In this document: piece by piece, positions 1 to 7,374 of the stretch
Layout of the letters: each line of letters opens with the position of its first letter
How positions within the stretch are numbered: position 1 is the stretch's first letter
IMG/VR virus record: IMGVR_UViG_3300047160_003852
Span: 1 to 39,945 of that record
Source of the DNA: a virus
Strand: one strand, 5' to 3'
Length of the DNA stretch: 39,945 nucleotides
Translations under genes and position numbers: made by a program
The notes under the pieces: generated by a model
Databases searched by the model: none
Seen by the model: the letters and a program-made list of their open reading frames with translations, nothing else
What the model was told of the DNA's origin: nothing

Positions 1-180
1 GGCGACGGCTCCGGCTACGGCTACGGCTACGGCTACGGCGACGGCTCCGGCGACGGCTCCGGCTACGGCTACGGCTACGGCTACGGCGACGGCTCCGGCG
101 ACGGCTCCGGCTACGGCTCCGGCTACGGCTACGGCGACGGCTACGGCGACGGCGACGGCTACGGCTACGGCGACGGCTCC
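1..180 (+). repeat. coding short tandem repeat GGC-[TAC|GAC|TCC]
   Basis: 60 consecutive codons alternate GGC with TAC/GAC/TCC, with no synonymous variation. Confidence 0.95.
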
Positions 181-531
181 AAAAAATATTGGGCTTCGCT
201 GCTGCCTGAATTTATCAAGAAATGGCCGATTGAGCAACAAAAGCGGGCCGCAAATTTGCAGAGTGAGGGTTGCACAATTGCCTATTGGCGCTCAGATAAA
301 AATGGAAAGCCATGCAACGGCGGTGCTGGAGAATCTGTAAAGCCAGGGCTCATCCAGAAAATATCCGGCCCGCTTAAACTTTGTGGTTCTCGCGCCCTCC
401 ACGCCACCGCTATACCGCCGCAATGGAAAGGTGAGCGCGTCTGGATCGTCGCACTGATTGGCGAAGTTAAATGGGAAGGCGATAAATGCGGCGCACTATG
501 CCGCGAAATCATCGGGGAATGCTTGCAATGA
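1..531 (+). CDS. 3' part of a (Gly-X)n low-complexity protein (X = Tyr/Asp/Ser) with a 116-aa Cys-containing C-terminal domain; the 5' part is 39638..39945 across the contig junction
   Basis: Frame 1 is open from nt 1 to TGA 529-531. Nt 1-180 encode 30 G-X dipeptides using only GGC/TAC/GAC/TCC. Nt 1-32 are identical to nt 39914-39945 and in phase with ATG 39638. The C-terminal KKYWASLLPEF...LKLCGSRALHATAIPPQWKGERVWIVALIGEV...CREIIGECLQ has ordinary globular composition. Confidence 0.8.
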   Translation, partial: GDGSGYGYGYGYGDGSGDGSGYGYGYGYGDGSGDGSGYGSGYGYGDGYGDGDGYGYGDGSKKYWASLLPEFIKKWPIEQQKRAANLQSEGCTIAYWRSDKNGKPCNGGAGESVKPGLIQKISGPLKLCGSRALHATAIPPQWKGERVWIVALIGEVKWEGDKCGALCREIIGECLQ

Positions 532-668
532 CCGAATATTCCTGGATGCAATCAGTTTGCTACGAACCCCGTCCCCTTCCCCGCCGTAAATACACATCCG
601 CATATATATCGCTATGCATTATAGCGGTTGAGGTTGGAACGCTTCTGGCTTTGATGGTGGGGAATTAG

Positions 669-1493
669 ATGGGCTGGGAACCAGTCACATATTGCCGGGA
701 ATGCGGTGAGCCCTTCGACGTTTACATGGCCCCTGAGGATCGCATCTGCGATTTCTGCAAAGAACTCTACGCCGACCGGGAATTAGACCTAGCGAAGGCA
801 ACCATTGCGAAGCATGAGGCGCCCAAGGCCACGCTTGATCCCCGCATCGAGGAAATCCGTACCCGCTACGGCTTGTCCCGCGATGACTTCTGGGAGCTAC
901 CTCAGAAGAAAGGCACATGGATTGCCAAACATGCCGCCCTGGAAGTTGCAGCGGCGAAAGCCAAGATCGTGTTCCTCGCCCCTCAAGTCTTGGAAGCGGA
1001 CGGTGCGGCCAAGAGTGTTGCGCTATGTGTGACCGGCACTCTCGATGAACGCAGCGAATGGAGTGTAGGCGAAGCCTCGCCGGCAAACAATAAGAATGCA
1101 TATCCGTATGCCATGGCAGAAAAGCGGGCCAAGGATCGCGTCATTCTGAAACTGATCGGGCTTCATGGCCTGATCTATTCGGAGGACGAGGCCGACGACT
1201 TCAAGCAGCCGACTAACGGCCATGCCAACGGACACGCCGCCACCGCGCCAGTAGATGAGGACGTAATGACCGGAACTCAAAACTGGATCAGCAAGCAGAA
1301 GGATATTCTGCTCGCCTATAACGACCTGGACGAGCTGACCTCGTGGCTCAAAAAGCACACGACCTACGGCACCCGTGAAGGCAATTGGGATCGTCCCACT
1401 CCGGGTTCAACATTGGACAAGCTGCTCAAATTCTCAGCCCCGATGTTTAACGACCTCAAAAGCTACTACTTCGAGAAATTGAGAGAAGTATGA
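669..1493 (+). CDS. hypothetical protein with N-terminal zinc ribbon; possible single-strand-annealing/DNA-binding protein (function tentative)
   Basis: SD-like GGTGGGG lies upstream of the ATG. N-terminus has CRECG...CDFC. The core ...GEASPANNKNAYPYAMAEKRAKDRVILKLIGL resembles the conserved strand-helix core of phage SSAPs. ATGA coupling to the NinB gene downstream. Confidence 0.55.
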   Translation: MGWEPVTYCRECGEPFDVYMAPEDRICDFCKELYADRELDLAKATIAKHEAPKATLDPRIEEIRTRYGLSRDDFWELPQKKGTWIAKHAALEVAAAKAKIVFLAPQVLEADGAAKSVALCVTGTLDERSEWSVGEASPANNKNAYPYAMAEKRAKDRVILKLIGLHGLIYSEDEADDFKQPTNGHANGHAATAPVDEDVMTGTQNWISKQKDILLAYNDLDELTSWLKKHTTYGTREGNWDRPTPGSTLDKLLKFSAPMFNDLKSYYFEKLREV

Positions 1494-1885
1494 GCCGCCA
1501 TCTCCTAATCCTATTCACCCCCAAAGACAGAGAACGCGCCTATCAATATATCATGCAGGCGCCGGTAGGAACTCGCATTGAGATAAAGGCCGTCAAGCGC
1601 AGCCTGCCGCAAAATGATCTTATGTGGTCAATGCTCAGTGAGATAGCGGTGCAGAAAGAACACCACGGCAGGAAGTACGCGCCCGATGTGTGGAAGGCGC
1701 TGTTCCTCAACGGCTGGCAAAAGGAAATATCCCTGATCCCGACGCTGGACGGATCAAGCCTATTGCCGCTCACGCGCACGTCCGATTTGAGCCGCGAGGA
1801 AATGACCTCGCTCATTGATTTTATAGATGCGTGGGCGGCGCAAAATGGCGTCAAGTTGAGCGGGCCGAATGAGGCTGCGGCATGA
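1490..1885 (+). CDS. ninB: NinB/Orf-family recombination mediator
   Basis: KRSLPQNDLMWSMLSEIAVQKEHHGRKYAPDVWKALF matches the lambda Orf/NinB signature (R-S-x-x-QN-x-x-W-x-x-L-x-D/E-I...HG...WK). ATGA overlaps on both sides. Confidence 0.8.
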   Translation: MSRHLLILFTPKDRERAYQYIMQAPVGTRIEIKAVKRSLPQNDLMWSMLSEIAVQKEHHGRKYAPDVWKALFLNGWQKEISLIPTLDGSSLLPLTRTSDLSREEMTSLIDFIDAWAAQNGVKLSGPNEAAA

Positions 1886-2343
1886 GGGCAATTCATCTTT
1901 CTGTCGATTACTTCAGGGACAGGTCCAACTTCCGCGAGAATGGCTGCTGGGAATGGCGCGGAGCGACGGGCGGCAACGGCTATGGTTCCATGCGGTCAAA
2001 GGGGAAAACCATCACCCCTCACCGAGCCGTCTATAAGCTCTTGCATGGCGAAATCCCCGCCGGGCTGCATGTCTGCCACCGCTGCGATAATCGCCTTTGC
2101 TGCAATCCCGACCACTTGTTCCTCGGTACTCGCAGCGACAACATGCAGGATTGCTTAACTAAGGGCCGCTTCAAGACCCCATTTGGGGCTGGCGAACGCG
2201 CTGGCCGCGCCAAACTCACGAATGAACAAGCCAAGGCGATCCGCAATGATCCGCGCCCTCATCGGGTAATCGCGGCAGAATATGGAGTGGACAAAAGCGC
2301 AATCGGCCATCTGAAACGCGGAAAGACTTGGGCTGGGATATGA
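1882..2343 (+). CDS. HNH_3-type homing endonuclease with C-terminal HTH
   Basis: CWEWRGATGGNGYG ... HVCHRCDNRLCCNPDHLFLGTRSDN is the HNH_3 signature. The C-terminal LTNEQAKAIR...VIAAEYGVDKSAIGHLKRGKTW is HTH-like. Confidence 0.85.
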   Translation: MRAIHLSVDYFRDRSNFRENGCWEWRGATGGNGYGSMRSKGKTITPHRAVYKLLHGEIPAGLHVCHRCDNRLCCNPDHLFLGTRSDNMQDCLTKGRFKTPFGAGERAGRAKLTNEQAKAIRNDPRPHRVIAAEYGVDKSAIGHLKRGKTWAGI

Positions 2344-2711
2344 GATCGACGCCTGAATGGGTCGGAGCCAGCGACGATCAGGTGCCCCCGCCAAGGGTAC
2401 GCTTGAGGGTCTTTGACGCGCTTGAGGGCCGTTGCCACATGTGCGCGCGGAAAATCATGACTGGCGAATATTGGGTTTGCGAACACATGGTTGCCATTTG
2501 CAACGGCGGTGAGAACCGAGAAAGCAACCTAAACCTTACTTGCCGCAACTGCGTCCCTCGCAAGAATGCCGCCGATCTAGCCGAAAAATCGCGCGTCAAC
2601 CGCATCCGTTCCAAGCATCTCGGCATCAAACAGACAAAGCGCCCATTTCCGAAATGCCACGATCCATGGGGCAAGGAACGCCGCGCCAATAGCAGGGATT
2701 CGGGCACATGA
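2340..2711 (+). CDS. HNH endonuclease (classic CxxC...H...N...CxxC type)
   Basis: RCHMCARKI...CEHMVAICNGGENRESNLNLTCRNCVPRKN. ATG 2340 forms an ATGA overlap with the upstream stop; an alternative ATG is at 2328. Confidence 0.75.
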   Translation: MRSTPEWVGASDDQVPPPRVRLRVFDALEGRCHMCARKIMTGEYWVCEHMVAICNGGENRESNLNLTCRNCVPRKNAADLAEKSRVNRIRSKHLGIKQTKRPFPKCHDPWGKERRANSRDSGT

Positions 2712-2806
2712 GCAAAGCATTTTGGCAATGGATAGCCTGGACAGTTTGGACGCTGCTGATCGTCGTTGCTGTATTGTTTGGTATTGCGAATGTTGCGTCG
2801 GATTAG
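2708..2806 (+). CDS. 32-aa single-pass membrane peptide
   Basis: ATGA overlap with the upstream stop. MSKAFWQWIAWTVWTLLIVVAVLFGIANVASD contains one hydrophobic helix. Below the ORF-track size cutoff. Confidence 0.5.
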   Translation: MSKAFWQWIAWTVWTLLIVVAVLFGIANVASD

Positions 2807-2816
2807 GAGCTTTCAC

Positions 2817-2963
2817 ATGGATGATTTTCCGCTTCGGTGGCATTGGGAGGGCGATCAGCGCATCTGCGATTACTGTCACGGCGAAGTGTGGGCATTCGAG
2901 GAAGGACATATCTGTTCACAGTGCCAGCGCAGCGATGGCGGCGAGAGCGGTCAAACGGATTAA
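2817..2963 (+). CDS. 48-aa zinc-ribbon protein
   Basis: AGGAG at 2805-2809 precedes ATG 2817. MDDFPLRWHWEGDQRICDYCHGEVWAFEEGHICSQCQ carries CxxC...CxxC. Confidence 0.6.
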   Translation: MDDFPLRWHWEGDQRICDYCHGEVWAFEEGHICSQCQRSDGGESGQTD

Positions 2964-2972
2964 ATGGAGCCA

Positions 2973-3071
2973 ATGATGAACGATTGGCCTGATCTTATTT
3001 TCTTCGGATTTTTGTCAATCGTCGCCATCTGCGTCGCCGCTGTAAAAATTACTCGCATTTTGAAAAGTTAA
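2973..3071 (+). CDS. 32-aa single-pass membrane peptide
   Basis: GGAG lies upstream. MMNDWPDLIFFGFLSIVAICVAAVKITRILKS. It ends immediately before the SD of the next gene. Confidence 0.5.
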   Translation: MMNDWPDLIFFGFLSIVAICVAAVKITRILKS

Positions 3072-3081
3072 GGAGGGACAA

Positions 3082-3306
3082 TTGTCGAACCGGACGCTGA
3101 TCGAAATTAATCACGACTTCGCCCATATGGTGAAAGAGAACCCGGAGCGGTTTGCCGAGGAACTTTATCGCTATCTCGGATCGGCCAGCGCTGAGAATGC
3201 AAGCAATCTGACCAAGTACGGCATTCGTCGCTTTGGCATTCGGCACCACTCGGAAGCCTTCGACATTAAATTCGGCTGCTTTAAAGCCGCCGAAACAGCC
3301 AGCTAG
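3082..3306 (+). CDS. hypothetical protein (74 aa, TTG start)
   Basis: AGGAGGG at 3070-3076 precedes TTG 3082. Protein-like composition (MSNRTLIEINHDFAHMVKENPERFAEELYRYLG...). Confidence 0.7.
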   Translation: MSNRTLIEINHDFAHMVKENPERFAEELYRYLGSASAENASNLTKYGIRRFGIRHHSEAFDIKFGCFKAAETAS

Positions 3307-3321
3307 GGAAAGGAGCCGTTC

Positions 3322-3498
3322 ATGCCAGAAATCTTCACAGCCTATGATGGTCACGGCGGCGCGATCCATCTTCACAAGTTGGAGCCGCATGAGATTGACG
3401 GCGACAAAAGGTTCTTTATCGAAGTGACTGGCGATCCGGCTTTGACGTGGCAACAGCTTGCACGACTGGCCGAAGCCGCTGGTCATCACGACAGATAA
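3322..3498 (+). CDS. hypothetical protein (58 aa)
   Basis: AAGGAG at 3310-3315 precedes ATG 3322. MPEIFTAYDGHGGAIHLHKLEPHEIDGDKRFFIEVTGDPALTWQQLARLAEAAGHHDR. Confidence 0.6.
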   Translation: MPEIFTAYDGHGGAIHLHKLEPHEIDGDKRFFIEVTGDPALTWQQLARLAEAAGHHDR

Positions 3499-3542
3499 GG
3501 AGCCAAATTTGCTGTGCAGCAAATATAGCGATTGGAGCAAAT

Positions 3543-3728
3543 ATGACCGTTGAAGAAATGTGCGAGAAGCTCAAGGACGTGAAGTCCTGGCAAGAGGCGT
3601 CGTCGCGGCAGCGCGGATCGTTTGGCCTTGAAATGAACGGGCGGCAATATGGCCAAGGCCCGCTCATCCAGGCATGGCTCTGGTTCGCGTCCGGCTGGAA
3701 TGCCGCCATTACTCAACCCCAAACCTGA
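3543..3728 (+). CDS. hypothetical protein (61 aa)
   Basis: Internal ATG of track ORF 3447..3728, preceded by GGAGCAAAT. MTVEEMCEKLKDVKSWQEASSRQRGSFGLEMNGRQYGQGPLIQAWLWFASGWNAAI. Confidence 0.6.
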   Translation: MTVEEMCEKLKDVKSWQEASSRQRGSFGLEMNGRQYGQGPLIQAWLWFASGWNAAITQPQT

Positions 3729-3738
3729 CGAGGGTCCA

Positions 3739-3933
3739 TTGCAGCTTTACAAAGTGTCTGAGGACAACGGCGCAAGCGAGCCGTGGAACCTCGAAAACCT
3801 GTGGCAGTTTGACGTTCAACTTCTCTTGAACCAATGGCTGCTGGGTGTGGCCCGCTGGAAGGGTTACGGCGGCGTCGTGTGGACGCTGCACCTTGGGCCT
3901 GTCGTTTTCAATTACTACCGCAACCACAATTAG
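3739..3933 (+). CDS. hypothetical protein (about 64 aa; start uncertain: TTG 3739 or ATG 3700)
   Basis: GAGGG lies 5 nt upstream of TTG 3739. Sequence ...QLYKVSEDNGASEPWNLENLWQFDVQLLLNQWLLGVARWKGYGGVVWTLHLGPVVFNYYRNHN. Confidence 0.5.
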   Translation: MQLYKVSEDNGASEPWNLENLWQFDVQLLLNQWLLGVARWKGYGGVVWTLHLGPVVFNYYRNHN

Positions 3934-3946
3934 CGAGGGCTTAATC

Positions 3947-4225
3947 GTGAAAGTTATTCAACTCCAAACATCTGGCTTTGTAATTTTCCACGCTGGTAAG
4001 ACCGTGGATGAGGATTTCGCCACAGAGGAAGCCGCATGGGAGTGGGCAGATGCTAATATTGATGACCAGGTTACTGATGCCCCGAATTGGTTGTCAGACC
4101 AGATAAAATATCGCGAGCCTGATAATGCCGGTTGCCCAGTTTGTAATGGTGACTGCGCCGGCACAAGCGCGCCATTTATTGAGTGTCCCGATTGCGGCAA
4201 GCCGGACTGTCACACCAACCATTAG
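3947..4225 (+). CDS. hypothetical protein with C-terminal Cys cluster (92 aa, GTG start)
   Basis: GAGGG at 3935-3939 precedes GTG 3947. The C-terminal CPVCNGDCAG...CPDCGKPDCH is a zinc-binding-like motif. Confidence 0.6.
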   Translation: MKVIQLQTSGFVIFHAGKTVDEDFATEEAAWEWADANIDDQVTDAPNWLSDQIKYREPDNAGCPVCNGDCAGTSAPFIECPDCGKPDCHTNH

Positions 4226-4477
4226 ATTTTGAAGCAATCGAAATGCGTGGGCACGAACCCAGAGGGAAAAACCACAGTACGGTGCGCGACCGCCCAAAGG
4301 TTGAAAACGGGGTAGAGCCCGTTCCGAGCGGGAGAACGGTAAGTGCGAACGGAGACGGGTGCCTTGGCACGGTGCAAGACCGGCCCGCATCACAACATTA
4401 GGAATGGAACCCTAAATGGCCACAGGCGATCCAGTTCTTTACCCCCACCCTTAGCCCCAGATGGATTTGGAGGCGCT
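4226..4477 (+). other. 252-nt non-coding gap rich in short direct repeats and hairpins (candidate structured RNA, iteron region or regulatory leader)
   Basis: No plausible ORF. 17-nt imperfect direct repeat ACGGTGC-NN-GACCG(G)CCC at 4279-4295 and 4369-4386. Motif GA(A)ACGG occurs 4 times (4303-4359). Hairpins at 4307-4322, 4319-4339 (mutually exclusive) and GUGC[CUUG]GCAC at 4359-4370. Confidence 0.5.
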
Positions 4478-4753
4478 ATGTACGATCTTCGCACGATTTG
4501 GGATGAGGAATGGCGCAAGGAAGCCGTTCGCGCTCCAGGCCTGATTTGCTCTGATGAGCGCATCCAGCGTGTTGGCATTGCCGCGATGCTTCGCGCCCAA
4601 GAACTGGTGTGGGAGGAAATCAACGGCTCCTGCGGCTGCGTATTCTGCGATATTGGCCTTAAACCATTCAAGGCCGAAAAGCTGTTTTGGCACAAGGCTA
4701 ACGGGCGTGATCCCGTTCGCTGCACGCAGCCCCAGATGGATTTGGAGGAATGA
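4478..4753 (+). CDS. hypothetical protein (91 aa)
   Basis: GGAGG at 4469-4473 precedes ATG 4478. MYDLRTIWDEEWRKEAVRAPGLICSDERIQRVGIAAMLRAQELVWEEINGSCGCVFCD... Confidence 0.7.
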   Translation: MYDLRTIWDEEWRKEAVRAPGLICSDERIQRVGIAAMLRAQELVWEEINGSCGCVFCDIGLKPFKAEKLFWHKANGRDPVRCTQPQMDLEE

Positions 4754-4980
4754 TGAGCGGATCGTTGGTTTGGGAACCCGCCGAGAGGAAGAAGCGAAGC
4801 CTGCCCCGCGCACTTAAGTGGGCGCTGCAAAAGCGGTATGGCGGCGATCCGAATGTGGTCATGGGCGAAGGTCACAGAGACTATCTGCGCGGCCTCATTG
4901 ACGGCGGTGTTGAGGGCGCCCAAGAGCTTCTGGATGCTATCGACAAGCACGGCGACGTTCAACTGAGTGTCGAATATTAG
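4750..4980 (+). CDS. hypothetical protein (76 aa; start ATG 4750 or 4753)
   Basis: GGAGG at 4744-4748. Overlaps the upstream stop (ATGATG). Protein-like composition. Confidence 0.7.
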   Translation: MMSGSLVWEPAERKKRSLPRALKWALQKRYGGDPNVVMGEGHRDYLRGLIDGGVEGAQELLDAIDKHGDVQLSVEY

Positions 4981-5017
4981 CCCCAGACAGTTATGCGGGA
5001 TTAGAGAGGAGAGGATT

Positions 5018-5116
5018 ATGGACAAGCGACAGGCACAACTCGAATGTGAGATGCGCGGCGGTCCATGTGCTGAGGATCGGGATGCGCGCCGTATCGCTGT
5101 AAACATACCAAAATGA
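5018..5116 (+). CDS. possible 32-aa peptide
   Basis: GAGGAGAGG lies upstream of ATG 5018. MDKRQAQLECEMRGGPCAEDRDARRIAVNIPK. Very short, so weak support. Confidence 0.3.
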   Translation: MDKRQAQLECEMRGGPCAEDRDARRIAVNIPK

Positions 5117-5221
5117 CTATCAGATTGGTAGGTCCAAATGGTAGCCGCCATTAAACAAATGGCCCCACTCTTTCAAGCGGGGCCAAGTCTTCGGCTGCAT
5201 CTGGGGGATAGGAGAAATGCG

Positions 5222-5356
5222 ATGAGATACGCGAGAGAGCAACAGCGATATTCTCCAGAGTGGGCGGGCCGGGCTGAGCTTGTTCCATCCCTCCCGATGC
5301 GGGCCTGGCTGCCGAACTGGCTTGTTAATCTTTTGTTTGTCTTAATGCGTTTGTAA
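5222..5356 (+). CDS. possible 44-aa protein with hydrophobic C-terminus
   Basis: AGGAGA precedes ATG 5222. ...AWLPNWLVNLLFVLMRL. Weak support. Confidence 0.3.
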   Translation: MRYAREQQRYSPEWAGRAELVPSLPMRAWLPNWLVNLLFVLMRL

Positions 5357-5400
5357 CGAAACCGCGATGTCTTGGTTAATAGCTCATAAAGGCTTTCGAT

Positions 5401-7272
5401 ATGGCTGCTGGTGATCCTGTAATTGGCGATAGCCCCATCACTTCGGCGCCGAGCCCAGTAACAGATGATCCCAACTTTCTCGTTCTCAGCCGTTCCTACG
5501 GTACGGTCTGCCATCTTGGTCTGCTCAATCCGGCGCCACCTAATGACGGCGATCCAAATCTTGCCCAAAATCTTGGGCCATATAACTATAATGGCACTAG
5601 CGCGGCCTGTCACTGGTGGAATGCACGCTGGTGTAACCGCAATGGCCCGATCAGGATCAACAAATCTCCCCGCCAATTAGTCGATGCTCGCCGCATGTTT
5701 CCTTATGGCGCAAGCCCTGTTCCGATCCCCTCGCAGCCGCCGCGCATTCTTTATAACCAGCCAATGGCGACAAGCTGGCTCACGATCTACATGCCCACGA
5801 CGGGAGAACGCCCCGATATTGGGTTGACCACGGACGCCAGCGCGTATGCCATGTTAGGAGGCGATCCGGGCAGCATGATCGATGCGGCTTTATCGGCTGA
5901 AAGTTGCCCGTTTCATTTTCGGGATCAATCCACGGACCAGCCGATAGATCTGATCCAATATCCGGGCGCCAACGCCTACGATATTCCCGGCCGTCAGGGC
6001 GCACCTTGGCTATGCAAAGGGCCGCCATTCCCGAGCCAGGGCGGATACTCGATGTATGGTGGAGGCTGGCAACCCCAGCAGGCGCATTTGACGGAGATGA
6101 GCTATGTCGCCCATGAATTCACGGGCGATCTCGGCTTCCTCGAGGATCTGCAATACGCGGCGAACTTTGTCCTGATAGGCGATGCCACACTAAGCAGCGC
6201 CCATGGAAAACCTATTCCCTATGGCGAATACCGTGGCCTGGCATGGGCGGTGCGAACCCTATTCATGGCCCATATCGCCACCAGGGATGCCGAATCCGCC
6301 GGCATAGCAACTGGTCCTGGGACGCCCTACAAGCCGTCCAGCTATTTCAAGACTTTGCTGGACAATACCCTGGCTTATTACAGCCCGATCATGTCCGATC
6401 CGGCCCAACAGATCTTTCATACCTTCGTGCCAGCTGGAACCTTTGCCCCCTGGCAATGCGATTACATGCTGCTAGCCGTGGCTTTTGGCGTGCTGACCGG
6501 ACATTCAGACTGGCAGCCGTTCTTTCTATGGCTCTTGCAGAATGCCATTGATCGACTTATTGGCACGAACGGTTATCCTCCTGCTTGGGCCGCTTATTAT
6601 CTGGATGGCACGCAGCCAAGCTGGGCGGCAGCGTTCAATGCCTTGCAACAGAATCCGCAGGGCGGGACACCGCCGACACCCGAACAGAGGGCCGCCCTCG
6701 CTGCTGATCCATTTAATGGCGGCATTCCACTGGGCACCCCAGAATATCTCCAAACCACCAGCGCTGTTATCGCCGCTGCTCAACACATCGATAATCTTGG
6801 CATTTGTGCGATCCGCGCAGCATTTCCGAATCTCGATCAGTGCTTTGTGACTGTGAACACAATGATTAAGAATAGCAGCCAGGAAGCCCGTCACGCTATT
6901 ACATCCGATGTTTCTGTTGTCCCCACTTCAATCCGTCAACCCTCAGGAGGAACTTCCATGGATCTTGTTACCGGCTCAGTTCATACGATCAGCGTTACCA
7001 ATCTCAAGGATGCACAGGGCAATGCCGTCACCAACCTGCCTGCATCGATGGTTTACACTTACACGCCTTCCGATGCTTCGCTAGTCACAATGGGCGCTCA
7101 GAACGCCGATGGTAGCCAGCCTTTTACGGTCGGCGCGACGCTAGGCTCTCTGACATTTACCGGCACGCTTGTTTATCCGGACGGCAGTCATGTTACCCTG
7201 ACGCCCATCACCGTTAACATCGTCGCCGCGGCTGCGCCCAAAGCTGTGACCGGCGATCTTACCATCACTTGA
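5401..7272 (+). CDS. large hypothetical protein (623 aa) with C-terminal Ig-like beta domain; possible glycan-acting enzyme (speculative)
   Basis: Long ORF with protein-like composition. The Trp/Tyr/Pro-rich helical middle part is followed by a C-terminal ~110 aa (TISVTNLKDAQGNAVTNLPASMVYTYTPSDASLVTMGAQNADGSQPFTVGATLGSLTFTGTLVYPDGSHVTLTPITVNIV) typical of bacterial Ig-like domains. Confidence 0.7.
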   Translation: MAAGDPVIGDSPITSAPSPVTDDPNFLVLSRSYGTVCHLGLLNPAPPNDGDPNLAQNLGPYNYNGTSAACHWWNARWCNRNGPIRINKSPRQLVDARRMFPYGASPVPIPSQPPRILYNQPMATSWLTIYMPTTGERPDIGLTTDASAYAMLGGDPGSMIDAALSAESCPFHFRDQSTDQPIDLIQYPGANAYDIPGRQGAPWLCKGPPFPSQGGYSMYGGGWQPQQAHLTEMSYVAHEFTGDLGFLEDLQYAANFVLIGDATLSSAHGKPIPYGEYRGLAWAVRTLFMAHIATRDAESAGIATGPGTPYKPSSYFKTLLDNTLAYYSPIMSDPAQQIFHTFVPAGTFAPWQCDYMLLAVAFGVLTGHSDWQPFFLWLLQNAIDRLIGTNGYPPAWAAYYLDGTQPSWAAAFNALQQNPQGGTPPTPEQRAALAADPFNGGIPLGTPEYLQTTSAVIAAAQHIDNLGICAIRAAFPNLDQCFVTVNTMIKNSSQEARHAITSDVSVVPTSIRQPSGGTSMDLVTGSVHTISVTNLKDAQGNAVTNLPASMVYTYTPSDASLVTMGAQNADGSQPFTVGATLGSLTFTGTLVYPDGSHVTLTPITVNIVAAAAPKAVTGDLTIT

Positions 7273-7374
7273 TGGTATGAGGTACATCCGCATTGTCATA
7301 AACATAGTCTTCGGCAAAAAGCCGAAGAAGAAGAAAGCCGTATCTGGCGATCTGACAATTACGTAGAGGCTTCA

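Noticed and set aside
4226-4477. Cobalamin or c-di-GMP riboswitch (AGAGGGAAAAACC..GGTGCGCG..)
   Set aside because: There is no B12 box (GCCACTG-like), the conserved GGTG..AA..CC..GC..CCCGC order is missing, and no GEMM-type tetraloop/receptor arrangement could be traced.
4390-5151. Long antisense ORFs (e.g. 4390..5151 -, 12644..13306 -, 13257..13919 +, 17530..17985 +, 25104..25775 +, 29092..29727 +, 29991..30497 +)
   Set aside because: They lie entirely opposite better-supported genes, have Arg/Ser/Pro/Gly-heavy composition typical of shadow frames in GC-rich DNA, and lack SD sequences and coupling.
5161-5184. GGCCCC-N12-GGGGCC hairpin as terminator of the early small-gene cluster
   Set aside because: It has a 12-nt loop and no downstream T-tract. 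It also overlaps a weak candidate ORF, so the evidence is insufficient to annotate it.
7309-7327. Hairpin CTTCGGC-AAAAA-GCCGAAG between the 623-aa gene and the NrdR-like gene as an intrinsic terminator
   Set aside because: It is not followed by a T-run on either strand (the only T-run is the loop on the - strand). It is kept only as a possible RNA stability or processing element.
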